A stretch of DNA of 64,000 bases from the human T2T-CHM13v2.0 reference genome, Homo sapiens: the NCBI RefSeq assembly GCF_009914755.1, contig NC_060927.1; one strand, given 5' to 3'. Numbering within the stretch: the first letter of the stretch is position 1; every line of letters begins with the position of its first letter. The position numbers were made by a program, and so were the translations under genes. The notes under the pieces are model-generated. The model was not told the origin of the DNA. It searched no databases and saw nothing but the letters and a program-made list of their open reading frames with translations. Below, piece by piece: positions 29,567 to 44,706 of the stretch.

Positions 29567-30270
29567 ATAATCCAGTCTCATTTTTGGTGTTCCACAAAAT
29601 CAGATCTTCAAAGATACAAACCAATTCATCAGATTTGCGTGACAACATGCCTCAAAATCCTTGCTGATTCTGTTCCTTCCGAACTAAATGAAACTTCACA
29701 CTCTTTTCCTGCCCCCAGCCTGTGCCATCTCCCACAAAAGTTTCCTAATTTCTAATTCTTCACAGGAATTTTACTGCGCACCTGCCCCAACTGCTTTTTA
29801 GGATCAAAACTAATTACCCCTCCCTTGAGCTCTCACAGCCATTCCTCTGTGTTTGCATCCATTACACTGTATTATGGTTGCTATTTAAGTGCCTGTGTTC
29901 TCCACTTCACCACTCAAAGGTGTATTTTACCCCCTGCTCCCTTTTTGCGTGTGCGTCTTCAGTAACTGACTAAGTGTCTGCACATAATAAATGCCTAAAT
30001 ATTTGTTGAATTCAAATGAACTAAATAAAAACAAGCAAGTTCACCAAAACTCCTCCAAATATGAATTAAACCAGGGTATATATTCTTTTCACACTAATAT
30101 ATTGCTATTGAATGAGCTAGTTATAACAATGATCTCTTCATGATTGTATTTACATACTATTTTATAACAGTTTTGTTCTGACTTTGTTTCTGAACAAAAC
30201 TATGAGCCCTTTAAAGTTATTATTTATATTAGTATAGCGCATATGTTAAGAGCACAGACTCAAATTCACA

Positions 30271-30832
30271 AGTGAATAGTGCTCAGGTCTTAATTTAACA
30301 AGGTGTCTGATGGATGACATGGAGACATCAATGCCACTGAAAGAAATGTTTAATGTCATTCACACTTTGAGAAGCAAGAGGCATGGCATACCATGCAGGG
30401 CATACCATGCAGGGCCACAGGAAGAGGCAGCAGATTTGGACAGGAGACAGAAACAGGGCTGTAGGGGAAGCCTAGGCCAGACGTTTTATCGGGGTTTCTG
30501 TAGGAAAGGCAAGGTGGAGTAGAATAACCTGTTCAGGATTGACTAGTTTGAATAATCCCGATGGGCTTTGGGCTATAGGAGTGGTCTCTATTGCCTGGTA
30601 TCTGGCCCTGGAATAATTTAGGTCAGGGGAAATATTGGCTTGGTGTATGAGGCTACATAAAGCAGGTGGATGGAGATTAGTTGGTTTGGGTATGAAAGGT
30701 GGGCTCATGGCCTAGCCCTTTGTTGTCTCTAAAGATTGGCTCATCCTTGGAAGGAAGACTTCCCTGACCACTAAGATTTTTAAGATTTCAAAACATTATA
30801 AGGTACAGAAAATGAAAAACATGATTAATACA
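30271..30832 (-). mobile_element. ERVL LTR of the MER54/MER74 group, inserted into a MIR
   Basis: The minus strand begins tgtattaatcatgtttttcattttctgta...gagccaatctttagagacaacaaa, as in MER54/MER74 LTRs; MIR halves lie on both sides; left boundary approximate. Confidence 0.6.
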
Positions 30833-31000
30833 ATGACCTTGAACAAGTTGCTCAACCTCTCTGTCTCATTTTCCTCATCTGTAAAATGGGGATAATAATT
30901 ACAGCATCATAGGGTTGTGGTGAGGATCAAATGAATTAATATATATAAGACAAATAGAACAGTATATGACATATAAAAATGATGTAAAAATTAGCAATAA
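30833..31000 (+). mobile_element. MIR (3' part; its 5' part is at about 30230-30270)
   Basis: tgaccttgaacaagttgctcaacctctctg...ttttcctcatctgtaaaatggggataata...agggttgtggtgaggatcaaatga. Confidence 0.85.
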
Positions 31001-32019
31001 TATCTGTCACTACAACACCTCCTAAAATGCATCCCACAAGATAGGAGGTGCTTGAAAAGCACTGAATGAATAAATGTAGGAATAAATGAACAAGTCCTCA
31101 GGATTGCACACCTTGGTGTTAAGCAACCAACATTTTCAATTTCTTAGAAACAGAAAAATAATTTATAGGTAAAGCTTGTACTGGAGTGAAAAGATGAACT
31201 GAATCTAGAGAAGGAATAAGATTCTCACTAACTAAAGCTTTTGCTGCTGTTTTCCTATAGTGCATCTTTTAGTCCATCTATCTCTGTCTCAATATTTAAG
31301 GCAGGCATTTGTCTTTCAGGTTTCTTTTGGCATTACTGCAGTTATCAAATGAAACATAATTTCCTCCATCCATAACCCAGTGAAGTTTAGTTGGACTTGA
31401 TATCACTCCCAATTTTAAAAAGAAAATTTGCATCTTCAGACATCAGCAGCATGAGGCAACCTAAGAAATAAGTGTGCATTAGGCCTCTAAATAGACTTTT
31501 CCTTTATTATCTGTATGTAGCATCTACCTAATGGAAAATGAAGCAACAGCATCCATCTCCTTCTACTGGCATTACAATTTCAAGGAATCCAGTGAACTGT
31601 CCTTGTTACAAGCATAGGATCTAGTACCATTCTTTACTTCTAATGAACCCAGAATTTCAGATGCATAGATCTTTAGAACTGGAGAACTGGATATTTTTCC
31701 ACCCTCTGGATTTCCAAAGAAGAAAACAGATTCCAAGGCCCCATCTGCCATATCTTGTCAACAGTCCTGGAAAAAGGACTCATTTCTATGTATTTAGGAC
31801 ACCCAGAATAATGTCTTATTTTTTGAAATCAGTATGGTATCCAAATGAAGGCAGCCATTTTACTAGTATTAATACAAAAAACTTACTTCAGTGAACAATG
31901 AGGACTTGAAATATCTATCTACTATATCCCCAATGCCAACAGCGTGGAAGAGATAATCTATGTTACAACATGGATAAGTAACTATTCTTATTCATAGGTA
32001 CAAATAGCTGTGTTGGAAA

Positions 32020-32170
32020 CAGCATTGGCTGGAGATTTTGGTGGCCCAAATCTGCCAACCTCTAGGTATGAGACTTTATGTAAACTATTTAAATACTCAA
32101 GGTCTCTGTTTTCTTATCTGTAAAATGAGGGGATTAAATCAGATGTTAAAGATCTAACATTTCCTGATTT
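32020..32170 (+). mobile_element. MIR relic
   Basis: ctctgttttcttatctgtaaaatgaggggatta core. Confidence 0.6.
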
Positions 32171-32734
32171 TATGAGAGGATTTATAATCAAACTTTATGC
32201 TACTAATTACCTACAGGTCACTTAAGTAGGTCTGATTATCAACACTAATTCACATGGACTTAATATAGAATTAACCAGACCACATGATAACCTCTTTAAC
32301 ATACTCTTTATACACTTTTAATCTTTTGGGGTTATTTCCTATAACCAGACGTCCAATTTAAAAATGAGTTGAGTTATAGGTCTTTATATAGCATTCATTT
32401 CTACACACTTGAAATAGAAAATGTTAGCTATTTAATCAGTCAGGTTCATAATTTAGTTTGTAAACTCAGAGACCATATCTGGGTTTTACATAATATTGAT
32501 TACATGATCAGGGCTCATTAAAGGATAATAATTTAAAAATCACTTCTAAGTGTTAGCTTTTTCTAGCTAATTTCCTTTCCATGTGAATGCTTCATGTTTT
32601 AATATATCACCCTTTTCTCTTATTTATTTATTTATTTGCTCTAGAAAACCAGTGAGAATTAATCTAGAATGATGACAAAATTAATGGGAATTGAAATGAA
32701 AGTGTAATCTTATTGGAATTTCATTTCTGATGAC

Positions 32735-32945
32735 ATAATAATAGGCTTATATAGCACCTTTCATCTATGGACCTCTAAGCACTTTACAAACATTAGTTAA
32801 TTCGCACAACAATCCTGTGAGGTTGGCAATTATAATCAGCCCCATTATGTAAATCAGGGAAGTGCAATACAGGGAGGTTAAGTTCCTCAGGCAACAGGGA
32901 AGACAGTGGCAGAGCCAGCATCAGACCACGAGCATCCAGATGCTT
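32735..32945 (-). mobile_element. CORE-SINE (MIR-family) relic
   Basis: ttatatagcacctttc...agcactttaca...cacaacaatcctgtgagg...cccattatgtaaatcagggaa...gaggttaagt. Confidence 0.65.
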
Positions 32946-33354
32946 ACAACCGCACACCCAAAGAACCTTGTGGAAAGCCTACCATCTTGGTTGGTTGCCA
33001 AGAAAAGACCTCTTTCCAAAAGAAAAAAAATCCCAAAGAAATGTCTAATCTTACCATTTTTTTCAGTATTCCACACTGGAGGTGAAAGAACTAGAAGGGT
33101 AGGGCAGTATAAAGGAGACTTGCCTCGAAATGTACTCTGTCAAGCATTTTCTCAGCAGGCCAAGACTCCAGCCAAAAGGCTATGTGCTATCCCTTTTTTT
33201 CACCAGCAAAATTTGAAGGAAAAAATAACCCAAATGCTAATGTGAACATTGTTTATAATAGCAGAAATTATTCATTGAGTGTTTAATGGTTGATGGGCAT
33301 TGTATTAAGATGGTTTATATATGTCACCTCATTTAATCTTTATAGTAACCTATA

Positions 33355-33775
33355 TGTAAGCATATTAATTATTGCTGTGTAACAAAGCACCCTAACACCC
33401 AGGACTTAAAAAATACATTTATTTTGTTCTCTCTGTGGGTCATTGGGGGGGTTGGTGATGTAGGCTGGACTTGACCTCAAGCTGAAGGTTGGATCCAGTT
33501 CTGCTCAACAAGCCTCTCCTACTCCTTAGACATCAGGGTAGCTGGAGCATTTTTTCTCATGATAAGCATGTTTTAAACTGTTACTGCATCACATCTGCTG
33601 ATATCCCACTAGCTGTGCAAGTTCAAGGCCAAAGCCAAAATATGAAGTACTTCCTGCCCAGGATGAGGTCAACGCAGATGCATGGCTAAACCCAATGTCG
33701 ATGGAATAGGAAAGTTTATTCCTGATATAAAGTTGGTAGAAACAGTGAATATTTTTGAATAATTGAACGTACCAT
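33355..33775 (-). mobile_element. Old MLT1-type MaLR LTR
   Basis: tattgctgtgtaacaaagcaccc...cttaaa...catttatt and acatctgctgatatcccactagc motifs typical of old MLT1 LTRs. Confidence 0.55.
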
Positions 33776-33788
33776 TATAGCTATTCTT

Positions 33789-33969
33789 CTTTTACTTCTT
33801 TTTGTTTGTTTGTTTTTTGAGACAGGGTATCACTCTGTTGCCCAGGATGGAGTGCAGTGGCATGATCATGGCTCACTGCAGCCTCTCTCTACTTCTTGGC
33901 CTTAAGCAATCCTCCCACTTCAGCCTCCCAAAGGGCTGAGATTGCAGGCAGGAGCCACCACACCCAGTC
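33789..33969 (-). mobile_element. Free right Alu monomer (FRAM/FAM-like)
   Basis: Single right-arm monomer of about 150 nt plus a T-rich tail; TSD core agctattctt at 33779-33788 and 33975-33984. Confidence 0.8.
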
Positions 33970-36001
33970 TTGCAGCTATTCTTGTTCCATTTTACAGATG
34001 AGAAAGCAAGCTGGAAGCAGGGAAGCCTTGAGAATTTGAATGTCCGTATGTCTCCCAGCCCTGCTCTGACTGCTGTTTCTCTTTCAACAGCAAGTGTATT
34101 ATAGGTTGCCTTCTCATTCCTCAGATTATCCACTCAGAAGTGACATAAACCCACCTTCTCTTCTTCACTGGTGACTGACGATTTAAATTACAGGGCCAAG
34201 GACTTCTATATCCTGGTTATGGCTTAAGCAGGGGCTAAATAGTCCTTTTTGCTTCTGTGCCTTCAGTTCCACATGGAACCAAGAAGCACTGAGCCCTCCT
34301 CAAACCTTCAACACCAGTGCATTTAAGCCATTAAACCGTCCTGCTGCATTTCAAAGAATGGATGCTGACAATTCACAGAAAGAACCCTTTAGCTTTTGGA
34401 TGTATGAATTAATCATTCCAGTTAACTAGATACAAAGTTCACCTAAGGTCTCTGAACTTCTGAAGATAAATATTAAACACATCCGACTTACTCAGTAGAA
34501 ACAATGCAAATTACCAACAGTCCCTGGGTCAAGGATGTGAGAGACAATAAGAAGTTCAAATAAATCAGACCATAAGGGGCAGGCAATAATTTTATTACTG
34601 ATGTGAATACTGCACATCATCCACATACAGTTCTCTCCTGCCAGTATCAGCAGGGCCACCAGAAAGTGTGAGATGGGCTGGCACAATTTTTGTACTTTTG
34701 TCAGCTGCTACATCTTTCAACTCTATTTTTAAGATGTAGAATTATGAACACAAGAAAGGAGAACGGCCTACAACTTTATTAGTGTATGCCTACCAGTTTA
34801 AAAGGAGTTAATAATATTTAACACCTATAAAACTATGCAATGGATAGAAGTTGTGGCATTACAACATTTGCTTTTCAAATTCCATTTTGCAGAGTGTAAG
34901 AATTCCTTGGCAGGGCTACAGGAGCAGCTGCAGGAGAAAAAAGAGAGGCAGAGGTACAGTGCCTTTGGTCTCCCCTTATTCTACTGGAGCAGCTGCATTT
35001 TTATCTGCTTTATCAATTGAATTTCATGTACAATTACACTGGAATAAAAGCATTCTGCTGTTTTAAAAATGGTTTTAAACCATTGGTTTTGATCATGTCT
35101 TTCTCTGCTATATTATCCATTTTTCTATACCCAACAACTGTGCTTATCTTGAACATGGCCTTAACATTTATTTATTTAAATTTTGGCTCTTTGCGTATCA
35201 GCAAAGAATGGTATTCTCTTTGCCATGTTTTTAGCCTTTTTCAAAACATGCCACATTTTGTTTTGATTGCTTTAATCTTTTTGTTCTCTTCTCCTTATGT
35301 TCAGCATCAAAATTGCTATTTTACTCCTAGCCTGGGGACAGGCATATTTGATACCATTTCAAATAAATAATCTAACTGGAGATTGGAGAGAAAAACAATG
35401 TGATCTCTGAGGTCTGGGAATGGTTGTGTTATATTTAATTTATGCAAAACCTTCTGTATCACACTCTCTATAGGATTTTCTTTGAATTCCTGACCACTAC
35501 CTTTCAGATAGTGGAGTTTTGTGGAGCACATGGCAATGATCAGTATAACCCAAAGGGTTCTTTCCAGTCACTTCCACTCTCCATCTCTTTTTTTGAAGTG
35601 TCACGTATGGATGAGCTGAGAGACCACAGGCACACTTGGGCTGCTCTCTGAAAGCCAGAGCTGCTTCATATCTATTTATATGCGGACATGGTGAGACCTC
35701 GGACAAACATAGCAACTCTTCATTGAAAATGTCTCAGTTCTCTTTTTTAATGCAATATTCCAACCCTCCCCTTTCTCTTACCATTAAGGGTACTGCCTCA
35801 CATTGCACTATCCCTCAGCTTCTTGGTCCTCTGAACTGTGCTAACACTGTAACGGAGAGAGAAGAACAAATTTAATCTCCAGTGATATCAAGTAACTCCT
35901 GTGTCTTTGGCACCATTGCTGGTGGAAATTTCTGATCTATTTAAATTACTGTGATTTTAGATTTCAAGAAAAACTCCTCACTGATCTTTCCTAAATGTTC
36001 T

Positions 36002-37500
36002 CTTTTTTTATTTTTTAATTTATTTATTATACTTTAAGTTCTGGGATACATGTGTGGAATGTGCAGTTTTGTTACATAGATATACACGTGCCATGGTGGT
36101 TTGCTGCACCCATCAACCCATCATCTACATTAGGTATTTCTCCTAATGCTATCCCTCTGCTAGCCCCCTACCCCCTGACAGGCCCCGGTGTGTGATGTTC
36201 CCCTCCCTGTCTCTTGTGTTCTCATTGTTCAATTCCCACTTGTGAGTGAGAACATGCCATGTTTGGTTTCTGTTCCTGTGTTAGTTTGCTGAGAACGATG
36301 GTTTCCAGCTTCATCCATGTCACTGCAAAGGACATGAATCCTTCTTCTTTATGACTGCATAGTATTCCATGATGTATATATGCCACATTTTCTTAATCCA
36401 GTCTATCACTGATGGGCATTTGAGTTGGTTCCAAGTCTTTGGTATTGTGAACAGTGCTGTAATAAACATATGTGTGCATGTGTCTTTATAGTGGAATGAT
36501 TTATAATCCTTTGAATATATACCCAGTAATGGGATTGCTGGGTTAAATGGTATTTCTGGTTCTAGATCCTTGAGGAATCACCACAATGTCTTCCACAATG
36601 GTTGAACTAATTTACACTTCCACCAACTCTATAAAAACGTTTCTATTTCTCCACATCCTCTCTAGCATCTGTTGTTTCCTGACTTTTTAATGATAGCCAT
36701 TCTAACTGGTGTGAAATGGTATCTCATTGTGGTTTTGATTTGCATTTCTTTTAGCCAAGACAATCCTAAGCAAAAAGAACAAACCTGGAGGCATCATGCT
36801 AACTGACTTCAAACTACACTACAAGGCTACAGTAACCAAAACAGCATGGTACTGGTACCAAAACAGCATGGTACTGGTACCAAAACACAGACATAGACCA
36901 ATAGACCAGAACAGAGGCCTCAGAAATAACACCACACATCTACAACCATTTGATCTTTGACAAACCTCACAAAAGCAAGCAATAAGGAAAGGACTCCCTA
37001 TTTAATAAATGGTGTTGGGAAAACTGGCTAGCCATATGCAGAAAACTGAAAGTGGATCACTTTCTTACACCTTAACAAAAATTAACTCAAGATGGATTAA
37101 AGACTTGAATGCAAGACCTAAAACCATAAAAACCCTAGAAGAAAACCTAGGCAATACCACTCAGGGAATAGGCATGGGCAAAGACTTCATAACTAAAACA
37201 TGAAAAGCAATGGCAACAAAAGCCAAAATTGACAAATGGGATCTAATTAAACTAAAAAGTTTCTGCAGAGCAAAAGAAACTGTAATCAAAGTAAACAGGC
37301 AACCTACAGAATGGGAGGAAATTTTTGCAACCTATCCATCTGACAAAAGGCAAATGTCCAGAATCTACAAAGAACTTAAAGAAATTTACAAGAAAAAAAC
37401 CAACAACCCCACCAAAAAGTGGGCAAAGGATATGAACAGACACTTCTCAAAAGAAGGCATTTATGTGGCCAACAAACATATGAAAAAAAACTCATCATCT
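36002..37500 (-). mobile_element. 5'-truncated, 5'-inverted (twin-primed) L1PA7-like element
   Basis: 3' end on the minus strand at 36002-36749, switching to plus-strand ORF2 at about 36752-37500; TSD ctaaatgttct at 35991-36001 and 37501-37511. Confidence 0.92.
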
Positions 37501-37859
37501 CTAAATGTTCTTTATATTGGCAATCACTTTCAAATAAAACCCATGATAATTCTTAGTCACATTTTGGGGTTATTGATGAAAACTAGTTGTAATATTCATT
37601 ATGAATCAGTACTAGTATTCAAAATGGGAGGGGTATATTGATTTCTATGAAATAAAACATATTTCCCTTCCCTGTAACACAAAGGTAGGCCCAGTTGAGA
37701 TCCTAATAATCTTTTAAGTTCTTCCACCAGCACTGTAGTATGGGTTAGTGTGCAAATTCTGATTCTGAGAAATACCAGTTACTTAAGTCTTGGTAGTCAA
37801 TGTTCCCAGTATCCCACCCATAACTTCTTTGGAATTAACACTTTTGGGCACCTAGCACT

Positions 37860-38264
37860 ACTAACTGTTGTCCCCTGTCAATCTTTGTCTAAATGTTTCT
37901 TCTGGTGACTGGATAACATGTTCAAATGTACAGTAGGCTGAAAGTACAGATAATTAGCACCCTTTGGGAATAGCACCAGCCTATAACTGATAGGAGTTTG
38001 GGGTATGCATATTCCATTTCTGTAACACCTCAGTGAGATAACTCTGAGGGTCATGCTTCTACACTAGCTTCTAGGATTCTCCAGTGCTATTAAGCTCCAG
38101 TTGTCCACAGTGATAGTTGTCTCATCATTTTTCTGTTCTCCTTCCTTCCCTGACTCACTTTCCACATTTCCTGCTGGCATCTTCTGCAATCAGCTCCCAA
38201 GTAAATTACTTGAACTCAGACCCTTTGTTTAGGATTTGCTTCTTGGGTAACTCAAACTAAAATA
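37860..38264 (+). mobile_element. ERVL LTR (LTR16/LTR33 group)
   Basis: 3' end ctcccaagtaaattacttgaactcagaccctttg...tgcttcttgggtaactcaaactaaaata; 5' boundary uncertain. Confidence 0.6.
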
Positions 38265-38459
38265 CTATTCTAAGCCTCAAATTCATCACTGGTAAGGGAG
38301 TGGCATGATAATAACTCTCCCAAAGGCTTGTAAAGATTAAATAAAACAGTATCTTTATACTCTTACCATTTCTATGGCCACGAAGTAGGCATTTAATAAA
38401 TTATACTAATCCATAGTATGTATCCTCCCATCTTACCTGTATATACCTCTATTACCTGA

Positions 38460-38865
38460 TTCCCTACCACTGTATTCCTTACTCTTTCCAATGAGGACAC
38501 AGTAGTCTTCTTGCTCTTTCTCAAACATGCCAAGCACACTTCTCCTTCAGAGTCTTTACACCCTCAGTGTCCTCTTCCAGATATCTGCATGACTTTCTAC
38601 ATTACTTCTTTTTAAACCTTGCTGAAATGTGATCTGATCAATAAGAATTTCCCTGATCATCACATACAAAGTAGTACTTCCTATAATATCTCAGTGCCCT
38701 CCTTGCCCCACTTTATTTTTCTCCATTATAGTCATCATTGTCCGCTAGATCAGAAACACCATAATGGCAGGAGCCATGTTTGTTTTGTTTCTTGCTCCAT
38801 CTCCAGCACCTATAAAAGGACTGGGCACATAGTAAGAGAAAAAATAATACTTGTTGAATGAATAA
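38460..38865 (+). mobile_element. L2 3' end
   Basis: ttctcaaacatgccaagcac...ggcaggagccatgtttgttttg...ctgggcacatagta...tgttgaatgaat. Confidence 0.75.
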
Positions 38866-38953
38866 TCTTCATAAAATCCTAAATTTTAAAAGTTCTTTTA
38901 AGTGTAAAAATACTTAAAGATATACTGATTAGGATAATCTTACCAGATTATGC

Positions 38954-39147
38954 CAACGGTGTGTGGGAGCTGGCTTATATATGCTCAAAATAGTGAATTA
39001 AATATTCAGCAATTTTCTTGACCAGTTGTTAAAGTGTTGCAGCTTGAAATTGGCCATGATGAAAATGTTTACACCATGGAAATTAGTAAACGCTATATAT
39101 GAAGACTTTATTTGGGAAGGGGGAACCTGTTTGTCACCACACTACTG
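38954..39147 (+). mobile_element. MER63A-like hAT DNA transposon
   Basis: gcttgaaattggccatgatgaaaatgtttacaccatggaaattagtaaacgcta with degenerate ggtgtg...cacactactg termini. Confidence 0.75.
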
Positions 39148-41477
39148 ATGACAGCTAAAATTCTGTAGCAAACAGAATTTTAAAAGAAAAGTGCTTTTAG
39201 GCTAGAACGTAGCTTTGGAGTAGGGATAAAGGATAACATTATTGAACACTGATATCATCCTTAGGGCCTTATGTTGAGCTTTATGTATGAGAGATAGTGC
39301 AGAATTATCCCCCAGGCAGATTTAATAAGATTTTCTTCTATGTTACATTGCACCATGCATACATTTCTACTACAGTTCATATGACATGAATTTTTCATTG
39401 TTAATATATAAACAGTTGGCTCTATGAGGACAAGACACTGTTCATCTTAATAATCCCTGGAGACTAACGAAATTTGCCCACACAGCAGGCTGGTGGATGT
39501 TTGAACCACACAGTGGTAAGAGTCAGGATTATGATGACTGACACAAAAAGTAAGGCCATATATAACTGACCCCATAATGCTTCCTTTCATAGTATCTTAA
39601 ATAATGAAGTTGAGCCTAACCTCACCTTGAATTTGCAGTCACTTCTATTAAAATGATGAAAACATACTGGTTTCTTAGAGAATAAGGTGAGCACAGTGTT
39701 TGAGTTTGCTTAGGACTTTTCCACTGTTAGCCCAGAAAGTCCCACATTCAAGGCAAACCCAGATGGCTTGTCATCCTACTTAGAAAACAAAGGCAAGAGG
39801 GTGAGAGCTGTGAGTGGGAGTGGTAATTAAAAGGTGAAAGCTGATCAAAATTGAGATGGGAGTAGCCTTCTGACCAGGAAGTGAGGGATCCCAAGAGAAT
39901 GTAAATTTTACTTTCATGGGAATTCTGAATGATATAGGATAGGTTGTTACACTTACCTCGAGGACACAGAAAGTCAAATTGACTATATTAATGGTAAAGA
40001 AAAGAGTAACTCCAGAGGGTTGGGGATTTGGAAACATAGAGATCCTGGTGTTGCCAGCTTAAACTAATTTCTATAATTGTGGCAAATGCTGAGAAATTCA
40101 GGGCTTACTAAGAACGTATAACAAAGCTACCTCTCTGGAAGCATCTGCAAAGTCCTCCTTGAAGACAAGGTCCTGGCTATGTTGAATTTGAAGTCTTCCA
40201 AGCAGATTCATTTTCTAGCATCACTGACATAAAGTAGTGACTTCTAATGAGTACAATTAATAGAGACTTTTTGTGACTGCACAAAGAACTTGGGAACTAG
40301 TGTGAGAATTACTATAATTCTGATTTTAGCTGCTTCAAACAATCTTTAATAGGCCTTTTCTCCTTCTATGAGGCTATCCCATCCTCAAAATGTGCCAGAC
40401 TTTAATCTCTCTACTTCATTTCTACTCAGCTTTGTCTAAAGATAAAATTTTTACATAAATCAATTCTACTTAATGTATTATCTAGTTAGAGAGTCGATTC
40501 TCCCAGATACAGTCACATCACGTGAAGGAGTGATGATAATGCTGGATCACTTCAGCCGTCAGTGTAAGGTGTTGGGACATACAATTTTGACTGCAGGAAT
40601 CTCAAGATCTCTCCTGAGTAAAGCCAGTTTCCAGAATGAACAAGAAAAAACTGATCTCTAACTATATGTACCACATTTCTCAGAATCCCACTGAATTCCT
40701 TTACCTAGACCGCTTGTTGTCCATGTGGGAAAATATACCATGCAACTTTTTCAATTATACAGAAGACAACTTTCTCCAGCATGTCAATAAAATTCAGTGT
40801 TACTGGCTTCATATTCCCACTAATGTATTGTAATCATATACTTGCTATTTCTGATTAGCAGTAATATCATTGCAGCTTATTAGGTCAAAAGACCACTAAG
40901 AGAAGTTCTCTACCAAAATAGAATGTCTGAAAGGCATTTTTGAAATTCATTTTAGGAATGAGGTCATTGAAAAAACAGGTTGCAATGAAGACTATAAAGC
41001 AGACACTTGTTCTTTGGTAAAAACTTTCATACATTCTGAACTGAATAAATCTAACTTATTTTAAATATTATATTGTTTTAAAAAATAATAAACTGTCAAG
41101 TCCTGCTATTATCACTGTGTGATCTTAGGCAAGAAACTGGAACCATAAAAGAAGTATCTGTAAACAGCATATGTGGCAGCATTCCAAAGGGCAGTCCTCT
41201 CTCACACTTTGGTTTACATGTGTATATCTTATTTTTCCCCAGCATAACTGTAACCACCTTGAGGCAGAACCTCTTTACTCCCCCAAGGACAATCTGCACC
41301 AGAATGTACACAGTAGAAGTCTAATATATATCTGTAAGATATAAAGCTAAATCATTGATTGTAGGTTACTCATTATGCTGTTCTAATCTTCATTACACTT
41401 TATGATGTATAAAACAGGAATATAGTTTATCAGCTATAATCTATTTTTTGAGGCTCGGAGTGATTTTTGAGATCAAA

Positions 41478-41685
41478 TAGGGCAGTGGAAAGAATTGCTG
41501 AGTTTGAATACAGCCTCTACCACTTACTTGCTGTGAGATTTGGACAAATTCCTTATTTCTCTGCTTCAGTTTCTTCATCTGTAAATAAAGACAAGAGTAT
41601 CTATGATCAAGTAATTATGAAGAGTAAATGAGTTAATAAATAAAAAGGGCTTAGAATTGAGTTTGGTATAATAGCAAGTACTTTA
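41478..41685 (+). mobile_element. MIR
   Basis: ctctaccacttacttgctgtgag...cttcagtttcttcatctgtaaa...aaatgagttaata. Confidence 0.75.
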
Positions 41686-41689
41686 TGAT

Positions 41690-42732
<1,043 letters not shown>

Positions 42733-44706
42733 TCAAATAAATTTATAAAATCATATGATTTACAGAATTGATCTGTAAAAAATCACTATATCTACTTTCT
42801 TTCTGCCCAAGCTATTACTAAATCCATGGTATACCTTACAATCAATGATATCTAAAAAACAAACAAACAAACAAACAAAGAAATAGAGTTGCTAAAGAAA
42901 AGCAAAAGAAGACACAACGAGAAAAATGAGTAAGGAAAATGGAGTCAGAGAAGTGAGATGAAGTGATAAGTTGCACAGAAACCAAACTCAAAACCTGGCC
43001 CATTGCTGTCCTCTGGTTACCACATTTTGAAAATGATACTGATCTTATAATTTTACTTGGATAAGAGGACAAAGTAGCTGATAAGAACTGAGCATTATTT
43101 CAGGTATAGTTATTTAGTCGTGTCCTGACATATAGGGCTGGTTGAAAGGATTTGTTCACTTTTCCCCATAGCTCCTCCTTTCCGATGTTTGCTTTTCACT
43201 GGGGTGGTTGGGGAGGAAGTTGTGGCAACAACAAGGAATGTGAGAATTTCTGACGGTCTCCTTGTCCTTTACCTAGAAACATCAGTATAAATATCATGAT
43301 CATAATATTTAAATCGATGAATGGAAAGCCTATAAAACTTGGTGGAAAACAACATAGGGTGCCTTTTTATTTCATATTGACACGATTCAAGCTTTAGCCT
43401 AAGAATGCATATATAAAAATAAGCAACTTTTCTTTTAAAAACTATGATGTCTTCACATTTCATTTCAGGGTCTCATTTGAAATAGTTTTCTACCCAGCTT
43501 CTTAAATTATGCTTTATAGAAAACTGGTTCCATGAAATATTTGTTGTTTTATATTTTTATGTCTTTTCCTCTCATGGCTAATGCCATTTTTTTAAAAAGT
43601 TCAATGGTCAAAGAAGTAAGGAAAACATTGAGTTAACCAAAATTTAACAAATGTCTTTTTGATAGGAATTTTCAGAATCTTCATTATGCCAAAAGCACCA
43701 TCCATCTTTTAGAAGAAGATACCATAGGCAGTTTTTGCCAAATGTATTAGATCATGTAACATTTATAGCATTTTTTTCCATGATGCATTGTGATGGTTGA
43801 TGGACATGCTTTAGGAAGAACATTATGAAGGGCTGACTTAATGCAATGATGCAATGCATTTGTTTAACATTCTGTATTTTTCAAAAAAACAAAACCCTTT
43901 CACATATATAGTAATAATTCTTCATCACAACAGTCCCTGGGAGGCAACAGAAAAATAATTAATATAGCCATTTTATGGATCTCATAAACAGAAGCCTTAA
44001 AGTTTGGATTATTTTCTCAATGTCATATCATATGACATAGAGGACTTAGGTCTCTTGATTCTATGCCTTATCCTATTGAACGTCTTATTCAGGATATATT
44101 TCTTACCATTGTAGTCTTACACCAGCTCTCATCTATCTGCTGCAAACCCAGTGAGGAGTTATGACATCTGAGGGCACGTAGTACTCTGGGTCTCGGTCCC
44201 TGGGTTAAACTGGAAAGGGATATTTCTGAGAAGCCAGTAGCGATTGGAGACAGCTATGAAGCAACCATAAGAGAAGTTAGAGCAGGCCTTCTGATACTGA
44301 TTGACAGGAGACTGGTATGGGGCTGGAAACTGGAGCTTTGATAATCAGGTTATGGCTTAGGAGGTGATAAATAAGAGCCATGTTGGCCAAAACTCTGTCT
44401 TATTAGTTGTTGGTCACAAGGCCTGTAAGTAGATCATCATATAATGTCACAATCTGCTAATATGATGCAGGGTGGACCTTCTGCTTATCAGCTCCCAGGT
44501 CTGGAAGGTCAAGAATCGCTGAGTGAGGCCAAAAGAAAGAAATCATGGTGCTAACTACTTTGACTTCCATTTGGAGCTTTAAAGGTAGAAGACATTTTTG
44601 GTGATGGTACTTGGTTTAGCCCAGCACATCAAGATAAAAAACAACAACAACAAGAAAAAACAGACTTGGAATTCAACACCAAACACCATTATTATAGGCA
44701 ATCCAC

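Noticed and set aside
27233-29755. Cluster of ORFs on both strands
   Set aside because: All lie within or start in the THE1 provirus and are decayed MaLR frames
43778-43860. TGATG...CTGA pattern as a C/D snoRNA
   Set aside because: No proper RTGATGA C box or terminal stem
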